DNA of 63,561 bases, the filler included, from Octopus bimaculoides (taxonomy: Eukaryota), in the NCBI RefSeq assembly GCF_001194135.2. It is 12 parts of 12 records of this genome, joined end to end, with 100 filler letters (N's around TTAATTAATTAA, not from the genome) between each part and the next. Parts side by side here need not be neighbours in the genome. Positions count along the whole stretch, not along the records: positions 12,150 to 28,030 come from NC_068988.1; positions 28,131 to 44,724 come from NC_068982.1; 10 more parts are not named here. One strand, 5' to 3'. Positions 24,201 through 37,460 of the stretch are shown piece after piece (position 1 is the stretch's first letter; every line of letters starts with the position of its first letter). The notes below the pieces were generated by a model that saw only the letters and a list, made by a program, of their open reading frames with translations, did no database searches and was not told where the DNA came from. Both the position numbers and the translations under genes were made by a program.

Positions 24201-24936
24201 ATACACGATAGTGTTCCATACAGTTTCCGGTTTCCATATTCTGTGTAAACTGAATATTGGTCAACCAGGGGACACAAAAGGATCGAACTCAGAGTTACGA
24301 GGTCGTGAAACGATGTTCTTAACAATAATCAACTATTCCCATTCTAGAACACAGTAATAGCATGTATAGCTATAGGAACATTGCAGTTATTTCTATAACG
24401 CACTCAGATACAGAGGCACAAACATAGAAAATCGCACTTATATACAAGAGAAAATATACACACACGTCCACTCACGTCTACACAAATACATTTATACATC
24501 CAGATACACTTGTCTACAACACCCAAACATCAGTGACTTCATAAACGAAACGTATGGTAATTCTAAACTCTTTCATACGCCTCAGAATTTATCTAAAAGT
24601 TGAAGTGCCATGTCAGAATATCACGTCAACTGAAATCAATCATCATATATATTGCTAAACATCTTTTATCTCTCCAAATCTCGCTGTCGTCAAGTGAAAA
24701 GTTGCATTCATCGGTGAATTCCTATTGCAAATATACGATGCAACTAATGTTTCTGTATTTATATAGAAGGAATTGCAACTTCAGTATAAACACAGGAAGT
24801 GTTATTCTATAATAAATTCAATACTCATGTTTTCTTAAATTACTCTTGATATAAATATAAATTTCAGCATACGTTTGTATATGTATGTAGGCCGGGGAGG
24901 GTGGGTGGTTGGTTGATTAGGTGTACGTATTATATA

Positions 24937-24989
<53 letters not shown>

Positions 24990-25174
24990 AATAAGATATA
25001 ATATAATATATATATATATGTATTATATTATATATTTATGTATGTATGCATGCAAACATATATGAATATACATACATACATTTACACATATATTACACGT
25101 ATTAATATGTATATATGGATATACGCACACAAATATATATGTATATATATGCAGAAATATGTATATATTCCATA

Positions 25175-25392
25175 TATTCTTTTCTACTCTTGGCACAAAG
25201 CCTGAAATTCTTAGGGGAGGGGATCAATCGATTAGATCGACTCCACTACGCAATTGGTACTTAATTTATCGACCCCGTAAGGACGAAAGGCAAAGTCGAC
25301 CACGGCGGAATTTGAACTCAGAACATAAAGACAGACGAAATACCGCTAAGCATTTCGCCCAGCGTGCTAACGTTTCTGGCAGCTCGCCGCCT
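25175..25392 (-). mobile_element. SINE family B, tail 2, with 14-bp near-perfect TSD
   Basis: Flanks atattccatatatt and atattccaaatatt. Confidence 0.9.
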
Positions 25393-25439
25393 CACATATT
25401 CCAAATATTATATATACATACATATATATATATACATTG

Positions 25440-26030
25440 TGGTTGTCTACTCCTTATGCAGAGTTTGATTACCTCCTGTACCTATACCTTAGCACCATCA
25501 TGGCATCTGATGTGGCTTTTTAACCAAGACAACGTTCTGCAAAGACACCCACATAGATTGCACATTTGATTTGGCCACCTAGAGCTGCAGATAAGTTCTG
25601 ATCTTTGTGGATCTTAAACTTTTGTTTGCCTTCCAACTCGATCTGCAGCAAAGGTTTCTATGTCTTCTGGACCCATTCCAAGTAACTTCATAATAGTCCT
25701 TATTCTGTCCTTAAAACTTTCTTTAGGTTTACGCCGATAGCGTTTCCCCTCTGCAAGCTCACCATAAAACAGCTGATTCGGCATGCGTTCATCCGCCATT
25801 CGAACAATATGGCCACACCATCTCATTTGGTTCCTTAAAATCATAGCTTTAATTGAGGTGATGCCTGCAGAGGCAAAGATATCTGTATTTGGAGTAAAAG
25901 AAATCCATTTAATGTTTAAAATGCGATGAAGGCAATTTTTGTCAAATGCAGATAGAAGAGATTGCTGACCTGTTTCAGAATGACTGACGAGATCGCATGA
26001 GTGAAGTAAAACCCTTCGTCTATTCAGATT
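25440..26030 (-). mobile_element. RTE-clade LINE 3' fragment with C-terminal C2H2 finger
   Basis: CLHRILNIKW..QMRWCGHIVRMADERMPNQLFYGELAEGKRYRRKPK; CNLCGCLCRTLSWLKSHIRCH. Confidence 0.9.
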
Positions 26031-26504
26031 AAAAAAAAATCTCTGTTGTTCGATATTGTTTGCAAATACCCGCCTCAGAGTTTTGAAAAACATGTGACAA
26101 CACAACAGCAAAGTGTGTATGTGTATATATACATCCACGCATGCACACTCAGACCACAATATCACAAACAAGAGTTATATATACATATATACGCATGTGC
26201 AAGGAGATATACATCAGAAGCATACATACAAGAAGGAATAAATATATATAATTTCTAATGTTGAGTATATCAGATTGGATCATAAGTACAGGAGATGGGA
26301 AATCTCCAATTTCAACTAAACAGATGTTTTGTACAGTCTATCAACAATTTTAAACCAGTACACTTTAAACAGGGAAACACTTCAAGACTCTATACGCTGT
26401 ATAAATCCAGCAGTTCTCTCTCATATCCCACCTTAATCTTTCTCATTCTCTCTCTCCACACAAAAACACATACACACAATTATATATATATAATTATATA
26501 TATA

Positions 26505-27345
26505 GGCGTAGGAGTGGCTGTGTGGTAAGTAGCTTGCTTACCAACCACATGGTCCCGGGTTCAGTCCCACTGCGTGGCATCTTGGGCAAGTGTCTTCTAC
26601 TATAGCCTCGGGCCGACCAATGCCTTGTGAGTGGATTTGGTAGACGGAAACTGAAAGAAGCCTGTCGTATATATGTATATATATATGTATGTGTGTATGT
26701 GTTTGTATGTCTGTGTTTGTCCCCCCAACATCGCTTGACAACCTATGCTGGTGTGTTTATGNNNNNNNNNNNNNNNNNNNNNNNNNNNNNNNNNNNNNNN
26801 NNNNNNNNNNNNNNNNNNNNNNNNNNNNNNNNNNNNNNNNNNNNNNNNNNNNNNNNNNNNNNNNNNNNNNNNNNNNNNNNNNNNNNNNNNNNNNNNNNNN
26901 NNNNNNNNNNNNNNNNNNNNNNNNNNNNNNNNNNNNNNNNNNNNNNNNNNNNNNNNNNNNNNNNNNNNNNNNNNNNNNNNNNNNNNNNNNNNNNNNNNNN
27001 NNNNNNNNNNNNNNNNNNNNNNNNNNNNNNNNNNNNNNNNNNNNNNNNNNNNNNNNNNNNNNNNNNNNNNNNNNNNNNNNNNNNNNNNNNNNNNNNNNNN
27101 NNNNNNNNNNNNNNNNNNNNNNNNNNNNNNNNNNNNNNNNNNNNNNNNNNNNNNNNNNNNNNNNNNNNNNNNNNNNNNNNNNNNNNNNNNNNNNNNNNNN
27201 NNNNNNNNNNNNNNNNNNNNNNNNNNNNNNNNNNNNNNNNNNNNNNNNNNNNNNNNNNNNNNNNNNNNNNNNNNNNNNNNNNNNNTTCAAGACGGTGCTT
27301 GAGCATGGTTGCAGTCAAATAACTGAAACAAGTAAAATAGTACAA
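26505..27345 (+). mobile_element. SINE family A (gapped)
   Basis: ggcgtaggagtggctgtgtggtaag..gggttcagtccc..; 3' end gacggtgcttgagcatgg..gaaacaagtaaaa after the gap. Confidence 0.92.
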
Positions 27346-27474
27346 GATTAAAAGAATTGTATATAATGTATAAAGGCGGCAAATTGGCAGAATCGGCAGC
27401 CCGCCTGATTTAGCGGCAGTTCCTCTGTTTTCACGTTTAGAGTTCAAATTTTGTCGTGCATGCTCACACACACA

Positions 27475-27520
<46 letters not shown>

Positions 27521-27952
27521 ATAAACAAGATTCAGTTGAATAAGGTACTTGTAGTTGAGGCACCTAGTTAGGTGGGAATAAAATGCATCAATTTTTAGAT
27601 GAATATCAACCTTGGTACAGATGTACTGGCCGAATGATATTCGGGTAAAAACATGCAGTCAATTTGACTCAGATAAGTATATGATCCACTCTTGAGCTAT
27701 TCAGACATGTACATTTTATTAAGTATACAGTGCATTATATACTTCAGAACACGTGAAGGGCACGTTTTGAGATAGGTGAACTAAAAATAAATAAGTAACA
27801 ATTGAAAGGCAGTTGTCAATCCATTATGGCCGTTTCAAACGAATTTTTTAATTGAAAAGTGATTAGATAATATCATTATCAAAAACAAAATAATTTAAAA
27901 CCACGGTGACATACACATTAAATGATTCTGCTACTAGCTTAGTCACAACACA

Positions 27953-28030
<78 letters not shown>

Positions 28031-28130
28031 NNNNNNNNNNNNNNNNNNNNNNNNNNNNNNNNNNNNNNNNNNNNTTAATTAATTAANNNNNNNNNNNNNN
28101 NNNNNNNNNNNNNNNNNNNNNNNNNNNNNN

Positions 28131-28307
28131 GAAACGCCGGTGTTAAAACGTGGGTGGCTGATGAAGGAGAACGTTCTCTATGTGGCTCGTGTGTTCTCGT
28201 CTACGTTTGTTTGCAATGTCCTGTACCCAGATATGCACCTATACATACAGGTGGATGTCGGTATGCACATACCTGTACGTATATATGCATATACTCATTT
28301 ACTATTT

Positions 28308-28355
<48 letters not shown>

Positions 28356-28560
28356 ATGTGTGTGTGTGTGTGTGTGTATATGCGGGGCGAGTAAAATTCC
28401 CCAGATATATATACGGTTGGTGCTGCAGTAGGAGGAGTGGGTTTTGTGTACAGCGCAAGTGCTTCTCTGTTATTGAGGGAAATAATACTTGTGTCCCTGC
28501 GAGTGTTCAGTGTGACCTTCAATGCTGTTACATATCTAGCTTCGTAGCGTCAATAATATT
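28131..28560. mobile_element. Penelope-like remnants: pLTR-like segment (+) and GIY-YIG C-terminal remnant (-)
   Basis: Plus strand gaaacgccggtgtt..gctgatgaagg; minus 28560-28400 RYEARYVTALKVTLNTRRD resembles the R..EA..I....LN end of GIY-YIG domains. Confidence 0.45.
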
Positions 28561-28906
28561 ATCTCTTTCTCTCTCTCTCTCTGTATATATATATATATAG
28601 TTATACTTAGCGGCCCTTCCTGTTTGTGTTACCTATTTTGACCCCCCCACCACCACAAAATACCAAATTTCATTTAATTTGCTTTGCGGGACCAACTGCT
28701 TTATCGAAAGGGTATATTGTTATTAAATGCTCGAAATTCGAGATTAGAGAAACAGCCAAAAACTGATGAACGTTCCTTCTTTATGTTGTTTGTTTTGTTT
28801 TACATTGGTGTCTTTCGTTGTTCGAAAGAATTCTTCATGTTCCATGTACTTGTGCTTCGTACTATTTTATTGTACCTGTTTCATGATGTCCTGTGCCCAC
28901 ATATGC

Positions 28907-28940
<34 letters not shown>

Positions 28941-30109
28941 ATAATAATATTATTAGGGACAAAATCCAAATTACAGGTAAAAACTCTTTATATGTATATA
29001 TANNNNNNNNNNNNNNNNNNNNNNNNNNNNNNNNNNNNNNNNNNNNNNNNNNNNNNNNNNNNNNNNNNNNNNNNNNNNNNNNNNNNNNNNNNNNNNNNNN
29101 NNNNNNNNNNNNNNNNNNNNNNNNNNNNNNNNNNNNNNNNNNNNNNNNNNNNNNNNNNNNNNNNNNNNNNNNNNNNNNNNNNNNNNNNNNNNNNNNNNNN
29201 NNNNNNNNNNNNNNNNNNNNNNNNNNNNNNNNNNNNNNNNNNNNNNNNNNNNNNNNNNNNNNNNNNNNNNNNNNNNNNNNNNNNNNNNNNTATTATTATT
29301 ATATGATTGAACGCTACGCATCCTCTTCCAAATAATTTATATATGTGTGTTTGTTTGTTTGTGCGTGTGTATGTATATATATTAACACCCATCCCCCAGA
29401 CACACACTGAAACTCATTTTTCGCATGGAAAATTACCGAAGCATCTCTTTATGAAATTAAGATAGTTGATTCATCCATAGGAGACTTTAAAAAAACATCT
29501 GACAATTATATCTTTCACGAAAGATCAGCTATTCAAATGGAACCAACAGGAGGACGGTTTCACAAGCCCTTTATAAAACATTCCTTCAACACCCTCACAA
29601 CATCCCTACTCTACCCTCAATCAATTATCTTGTTTTTTTTTACTATTCACTATCTTTTTCAGCAGTTGTTCATCAATATTCCTTCACTTCCACACTAATT
29701 AACAAACCTCAACTTCATTCTAGACATACCCTAATCTCTTATACATAGTATCACACAGCCCAACAGAATGTGAAGTCAGTGTGACAACCCCTACCGACGA
29801 ATACGAGAAAGTTCTCCAAAAAAGTTAACAAGGAATCTTTAAAAGATCTCCCCACCGAAGTTAACAAAGAACTTACGAGATACATGAACCTAAAGGTAAA
29901 AATACCAGTGAAGCCCTCACATGGGCTCCACTCCCCTCCTCTCCTTTCTTTATTTGACACCTATTTCCCCTTTTCACTCTTACCCACCTCCTCTCTTTAT
30001 TGATACCATTTCAAACTAATACACTGCTTGTTGTTCATACACATGTCTTCGTATTTTGATTTTCTGTAAATTTCAACTACTTTCTTCAATAACTGTGCTA
30101 GATCCTCAT

Positions 30110-30930
30110 AAATTTGTGCTACATTTTCATCAAAATGAGACATTGTATGTTCATAGATACTGACAACGGTAAGAAACCTACATTTTGTCAGTTTTATGTG
30201 ACATGATATGGATCGTTCAGTTATACCACTTGGATTTTCTGCAATGGAGGGTGCTCATGAATTTTTGGAAGCGAACACAACACCAGATTCTCTACGCTGA
30301 CCCTCAGGTAGTTCCCTCCGGAAGATAGTAAATCCATAAGTAGGTTCATTTATTTGACCCTCACCAGAGAGACGAGTTTTAGATAACGCAGCTATGATAA
30401 GGGAACACTTTAAACTCACATGCAATAAGTGCAGTAGGCTTTTCCGGCCTTTTGTTGAAATTACCATCAACCAGTTTATGCACATTCCAACAGCCAAAAT
30501 TCAAGGGATGTTTATTTTTAATTTTTCTTGATGATTGTTTGACCATAGTGGCAGGGTAAGGACTGGACCCAGCCTTTGCCACACTGGGACACCTGCCGAG
30601 CCAGACCTGTTCCTTTGACATTTCCAAGCCATTTTACCATTTACTGAATCTGTTTGAGACATTTTAGAGTAAGTTACAAGTGCATTTTTAGGTTTCTGCC
30701 AAACAAATCAATGATTTTACTGACATTTTGTGTACAAGAAGATGATTAATTTTCAGTGGGTGTAGCTTGCATTGCACTACCCCCAACTATTGGCCCAAGA
30801 ATACTTTCGCCGGTGTGACATGAAGATTGACAAAACCAGGAACTTCCAAGACCTCAGGTTTTATTTGGAGATTTCCTTCTGCCAGGTAGATTACCAACCA
30901 AGGTTAAAGAGCTTCTACCTGCCGATGAGT
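30110..30930 (-). mobile_element. RTE-clade LINE 5' fragment (5' UTR plus AP endonuclease start), decayed
   Basis: LNFGCWNVHKLVD..RPEKPTALIA / IAALSKTRLSGEGQINE..RRESGVVFA. Confidence 0.85.
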
Positions 30931-30940
30931 NNNNNNNNNN

Positions 30941-31002
<62 letters not shown>

Positions 31003-32599
31003 TTATATATATATATACGCGCACGTGTGTGAGCGTGTATGCGTCTGTGCGTTGATCTTGATATGCTTTCATAGATAAGTTATGGTACGAAGACGTTGTA
31101 TACATCACTTCAAGCACGTCATAATATACGCATTGTTATTGATACATGACGAATCTACATCGGAGTTAATATATCAATGTTTATATATCACCATTAATAT
31201 ATGCATTTAAATTTTTAAAAAAATAGATGAGTTTTTAAACGTGTATAATGAAATAAATAATAATTTACATAAATTAGTGTATACAATATATTAATTCAAT
31301 GGCATTTAATATAAAGTTTTTCAAATGGAAATTGAGAATATTAAAAATTTTATGATATTATTATGAATTATATCTATTGAAAATCGCACATATTTACACA
31401 CATGCATTCACTCACGCACATACACCGGAGAAAAACGAATACGTCACTGTATGTAACTGAACATTTATGCATACATGTATGCAAAATATGCATTTTTGCA
31501 CATACACGTGTGTGTGTGTGTGTGCGCATGTATGCGTGTGTGTGTATATATATATGCCTTACGTATAGATAGCAATTCCTGTTTGTCTGTTACTATCATG
31601 ATGCCTATCCCAGCGAACAAGTCTTCACCAAAATGTTCATATATGTTGAACTAACATCCAGTTAGTTGGATTTTAATAGAAATCGATAATGGGTCAGCTA
31701 CGGGGGTTGGGCTATATGATAAAATAAAAAGGGTGCAGAAACTGTTAGGTTGAGAGCCTGTTGAGGGAAATGTGGTGGCATAATGATGGTTGAGTGATAT
31801 CAGGGAAGGAGAGGAGACAGGAAGAGACAGAGAGATAAGGAATTGAAACAATAACACTATAGATAATGTCTTTCTCCCACACATGATCAACCCGTTGAGG
31901 GAAATGCAGTGGCATAATGAGGGTGGCTGACATCAGCGAAGGGGAGGAAACAGATATAGACAGAGAGACAAGGAATGTGAGAGACAGAGAGACAGGGAAT
32001 GTGAGAGACAGAGAGAGAAAACGAGATACGGGGACAGAGCTGAGGTGAGAGAATGTGTATACTACGGGAAGAGTATATTTTAATACCTTGTTCTTTCATC
32101 TCTACCATTTACTTAACGCATACGCTTTAGCGAATTAACTATCGTATACTCAGTCGCAACTTTTAAAGCATGTTCAACAACAGATGTTAAACTAACAAGT
32201 AAAAGGTAAAGTGCTTTTATATTTGTTTTGAAATCCCCGAATTAAGATTTATTATAACTTTACCAACGTATTGAAACAATAACACTATATATGTCTTTCT
32301 TTTTCTGCCATAGATGAATAGCAGTTCGTTGTCGGGCAATTTTTACAATTGAATGTCTTATATACATTTTTGTTTGTTCCATGTCAGATCATGCCTTCCC
32401 CGACTGATAGTCTCCCTGATCAAGACAGATTTGGGCACTTTTTTTCCAAAAAAGTTTCCTTAACCATCTGACAAATACCTTTCATACCGTTAATAGACAT
32501 GCACTGTGGATAATCCTCCAGAAACTTGGGTTTCGGGAAAATTTCCTTGCTTTGGTTAGTTTTTTTTTTATGAAGACATTGAGGGTAGGGTTAATGTTA

Positions 32600-33950
32600 G
32601 AGGGAAAATGTCGGAGCCTATCTCAATACAAATTGGAGTGAAACAGGGGGATATTCTGGCACCAACACTATTTGCCATATATTTTGCGATGGTTTTCTCT
32701 ATTTCATTTAGAAACTGCAGATATGGAGTTTACATCCATTATCGAACCTCTGGCAGCATGTTTAATATCAGGCGTTTTGCTGCAAAATCAATGGTATTTA
32801 CCTCTATCATAAGAGACCTTTTGTATGCAGATGATTGTGATCTAGTAGCGCACACAGAGATTGATATGCAGCACATTTTGAATGCATCCTCTGATGCTTG
32901 CACTGCCTTATGATTGACAGTTAGTCTCAAGAAAACTGCTATCATTACCAACCCTCCCCCGGTAAACAGCATAGAGAACCAAATATCTCTGTGTATGGTA
33001 AACAATTTGATGTAGTTGATCCGTTTGTCTACCTGGAAAGCACCGTTAATAGATATAGCAATTAGGATAATGAAATTCCATACAGAATTAGGAAAGCAAG
33101 TGATGCTTTCGGAAAGCTAGAAAGGCGCCTCTGGAGTCGGCGAGACATATATAGAAAGACAACGATAAAGGTATACAAGGCATGTGTGCTCTCTTCTCTT
33201 CTTTATGCATGCGAGACGTGGGTCAGATATCAATACCACCTTAAACTACTGGAACATTTCCATCAGATGTGTCTCAGACGGATCTATGGCATTAAATAGG
33301 AGGACCGCATCAGTGATCTTGAAATATTGGAAGGCTCTCGGTGTGAAAGTATAGAAGCTCTTGTGTTAAAGCAAAGGCTGAGATGGAGTGGTCATCTGGT
33401 CAGGATTAAAGATTCAAGACATGCCAAAACAACTGGTTTATGGAAAGTTAGTTAAAGGAGAACGAACTCCACATAGACCAAAAAAGAGGTATAAGGACTT
33501 GCTGAAGGCTTCCTTAAGAGATACTTGCATCTCCCCTGACACGTGGGATGACATAACAGTTGACCGTAGTAGGTGGAGAAGGATTGTGCACGAGAGGACA
33601 GCTACTTTTGAGTTAATCTCGAGTTGCGCATGAGAAAGTAAGGAGGGATGTCAGGAAGAGAATCGCTGTTGTACTTCCAGATGGTAAAAGTCTTCCTATG
33701 ATGCTAACATGCAGTGTCTGTGCAAGACCCTCCCTCAGTAAAGCTGGACTCAAGTATCATCTTCGTAGTCATAAAGCGAGACAGATGATTGGCAACCAGG
33801 CCATTGGTGATGGTGCTACACACAATACTAATCATATCTGTCAGGTATGTAGAAGAGAGTGTTGTTCGGTGAGAGGACTTAAATGACATGCAAAGGTAAA
33901 TGAAGCCCAGTTACAACTACAGCCGGCTATTGCCGGTAAAAGTTTTACCT
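32600..33950 (+). mobile_element. 5'-truncated RTE-clade LINE: RT, thumb and two C2H2 fingers, with stops and frameshifts
   Basis: GVKQGDILAPTLFAIYF..DLLYADDCDL; LLYACETW; RLRWSGHL; PKQLVYGKL..RPKKRYKD; CSVCARPSLSKAGLKYHLRSH; CQVCRRECCSVRGLK*H. Confidence 0.95.
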
Positions 33951-34114
33951 GTCAATTCTTTACAAGACATTGTAGATCTTTAGCGGGGCTAAAATGTCAC
34001 ATTCGATCACAGCACCCGTAACAGTTAAGCCTCGTGCAATAACCATACTCGATAACGAGGGGGCAGCCAACGTGTATGTATGTAAGTATGTATGTATCAA
34101 TATTATTGTACTTA

Positions 34115-34650
34115 CGCTTGCCTATAGAGTCTGTCCCAGAATTGACTACTTCTTTGAAATCGGACAATATTTTTTAAAACTCACTCGTGTTTAAAATGTA
34201 CTAAACGTGTACAATTTTTAAAATTTTGTTCATAATTTTATATTTTTTACAGCGTAATTTATTATTTGATTTTCATTGGTGTTGGATCTCGCTTATCTGT
34301 CTGCAACGGCTTCTTTTTAATTTGGCCACAATTATCTTCTCTGATTGCGTCTCCATGATGGACCAATAGTTCAACTGAACGTAAAGAATGCATTCAGTTC
34401 GTAGTGCAAGAAATAACTCCCGAACTGCTTCAGAATGTGTTTCTTCACAGTACTAAGGATATATTTTAAATTTGCAGGAATACAGACGGAGCAAATAAAA
34501 AAGAAAAAAAAAAAGTAAAACGTTTTGACGTAAGATTTATAATTCTATTTGTTTTGGTATCATAATTAAGTGATAAACATAAAATTTTGTCAGTTTTAAA
34601 AATTTCCACCGATTTCGTTGAAATACATAGTTAATTCTGGGATACATTTA
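34115..34650 (+). mobile_element. Non-autonomous Tc1/mariner derivative
   Basis: TIRs gtcccagaattgacta / tagttaattctgggatac with TA flanks; inner remnant LKECIQFVVQEITPELLQNVF. Confidence 0.75.
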
Positions 34651-35954
34651 TATGCTTGTAATGTTAAAAAGCAATATGTGCAAAGTTTTCATATGCTACG
34701 TAATGAATGGAAATATATCCAAACGTTAGTAAAGTGTAGATATATCATACATTTTTCTTATATATTGGACGCTCATATTGCATCCATTTCATAACTGTGT
34801 TCATTGATAATATCATTTCATAAAGAAAATTTTGAGGGAAAGTAGGATAAATATTTTATAGGCATTTAATAATGCTATATTTTCCTTGGAATCGGAAAAT
34901 GAGTGCTTCAATGTTGGACAGAATGTGCTTTTTCAATGCACTAGAAAAATGTTATAATATGCCTCAAGATACGGGTCAATGGATATATTCTCTCTTAACT
35001 AACTGATGTCTAACTGTTTGCTTTTATACCTTGCACCATTGTACTGCAGTAATACAAATATCAACGCCACAGATGTAATGACTTCTCTTTATTTGCATGC
35101 TCTACCCTGCTGGTGCGTAAGGTATGTATACGTACAAAAATACATATATACTTACATATATATGTGTATATATGATATTTACTTTTTTATATATTGATAT
35201 AAGTGTGTGTGTATTTGTATATTTATGTGCGTGTTCCTATATTTTGAAATGTGATACAACTATCACATTGTACCTCTTGTGATTTCAAAAGTGTGGTGAA
35301 AAATTGATTTTTAGATAAATAGAAAAAAAAAATCTTAGGTTTGGATCAAAGAGCAGAATAGAATTTGTTGATAAGATATGTAGAGTTAAATAACAAAAAA
35401 AGAATATATAACGAACAGATGTTCAAGAAGAATATATTAAATACGTGAAATATGATAGTTAATATTTAATAGGTTGAATTATGTATGAGTTTGTGTTTCC
35501 AGATGAAGCTTGGTATACGGAAACATTTGCGAAAGAATTGCTTTAACGTATAGAAAAGAGTATATTTGAAGACAATAATTAAATTTGGTTACTCAATATT
35601 AGTATTTTACTAGAATTACAACCAATGTTGCTATGATTTTAATATTATCTCCAATACTTTAAACAACACAACAATGTATTTTAATTTAGTATAGAATGAG
35701 TTACAGGTTATGAATATGTTGCATATTCTTTTAAAATTCATTATAGTTAGGTTCTCAGGCGACCTAGCAGTAAATCAGCAGCATTTATCTTAAAAGGTTA
35801 GTTATAAAAGTATATAAGCAACAATATCATTTATTGAGATATTTGATACATTTCCATATATATTTTGTAATTTAAATATGATTTATGCATTTATAGTGCC
35901 CTTATTTATCTTACACTGAACCATTGCTATCACATACAGCTGTAGCGTTATGTA

Positions 35955-37053
35955 TTAGGTCATCCCATAAGTTCTGTCCGATTTTACCTTTTTAAAAATT
36001 GAATGCAATTTAATAGTATTTTAGAATGTCTAATGAAATTAAAAATTATTTTTATGCATTTGTGTACATGTAAATTTATTAAATATTATTTATAGAATAA
36101 TAGAATTAAAATTTCTTTAACACTTTCTAACATGGAAGTAACCAACGAGCATTTAATGCACATAATGCTTTATGAGTACAAAAAGGAGACTCTGCAGCCG
36201 AAGCGACGAGAAACATAAGCTCAGTTTTGGGAAAGTATGCTTGAATGAAAGAACTTGCAGAAGATGGGTCTGCAAAATTCAGAAGTTGAGATTTCAGCCT
36301 TGAAGATGAAGATCGAACAGGACGTCCAGTTGAGTTTGATGATAAGGTCGTTGAGGCATTACTTGAAGAAAATCCTGCATTATCAGTTGAGAAATTGGCA
36401 ATAAAGCTTAGTTCAAAACATACAACTGTTCATCTTCATCTTCAACAACTTGGAAAGGTTCGTAAACCTGGAAAATGTGTGCCTCATGAATTGTCCGAAA
36501 GCAACCGCAAATCCCGAGTTGACCTCTGCTCTTCTCTCCATTCTCGCGAACTCATTTCACCCTTTTTGGATAGATTTGTGACTGGTGACGAAAAATGGAT
36601 CTTTTATAGAAATGTTAAACGTTGTAAACAGTGGCTTGGTAAAAGGGAAAAAGCTCAACCACAACCGAGAAGGGAACTTCATGGGAAAAAGTTTCTTCTC
36701 TCTATCTAGTGAGATTACAAAGGAGTAATTCACTTTGAATTGTTACCACGTTATGAAACAATCAATGCTCAAGTCTACTGTCAGCAATTAGAGCGTTTGA
36801 ACCAAGCTTTGAAGAAAAAAATGACCCACTTTAATGAATCGAAGAAGAGTGATGTTTCATTAGGGCAATGCGCGACCCCACACTACAAAGATCACATCAC
36901 AGAAGAGCGAAGAGCTTGGTTGGGAAAAAATTCCTCATTCACCTTATTCTCCCGACCTTACACCTTCAGACTACTATTTGTTTCGTAGTTTACTGAATCA
37001 TTTGTGGGATATAACTTTCGCAAGCCAGGAGGTGAGCTTATGTGATGACCTGA
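35955..37053 (+). mobile_element. Mariner element with pseudogenised transposase
   Basis: TA|ttaggtcatcccataag ... cttatgtgatgacctga|TA; GKCVPHEL (WVPHEL-like), VTGDEKW, ETINAQVYCQQLERL, YSPDL-like remnant. Confidence 0.95.
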
Positions 37054-37099
37054 TATATTCCGCCAATGGCTGAATTTAATATTTGTTAGAAGCCTTGAC

Positions 37100-37460
37100 A
37101 CTTCTACAAGTTTGATATGATATACAATTGCAATATTTTCACTGAACGTATTTTTACCGCCTCATTCAATTCATAAAGCAAATTGCACCTTTTAAGATCA
37201 CTGATATTGCCATCACCGTACAAGTTTGAAAATCGGCAGTTGTTCATGAAAAATATATTTAGATTAAAAGGCTTAGTAAGTGCTCTTCGTGTTGTGTACA
37301 CTTTGTGTTTTGTGCTCACTGTAAACCGTCATGTATCTCAAATCTCATGAAATATTGGTTTATAATTATGACATAATTTTCAATCATATACTTCTGACGG
37401 ATTTTGTAAAACATCCATAATTTCTCAAAAAATATGCTCCATTATTTTTTGAATACTAAT
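37100..37460 (-). mobile_element. Highly decayed mariner-like N-terminal remnant
   Basis: CRFSNLYGDGNISDLKRC weakly resembles WF..F..G...L.D..R. Confidence 0.3.

Noticed and set aside
28400-28560. LDLa-like Cys pattern on the plus strand (GNNTCVPASVQCD)
   Set aside because: Cys spacing and acidic motif are wrong; the minus frame fits a GIY-YIG end better.
33698-33886. Host C2H2 zinc-finger gene
   Set aside because: It follows directly on from RTE RT and thumb sequence and contains a stop; it is part of the LINE.
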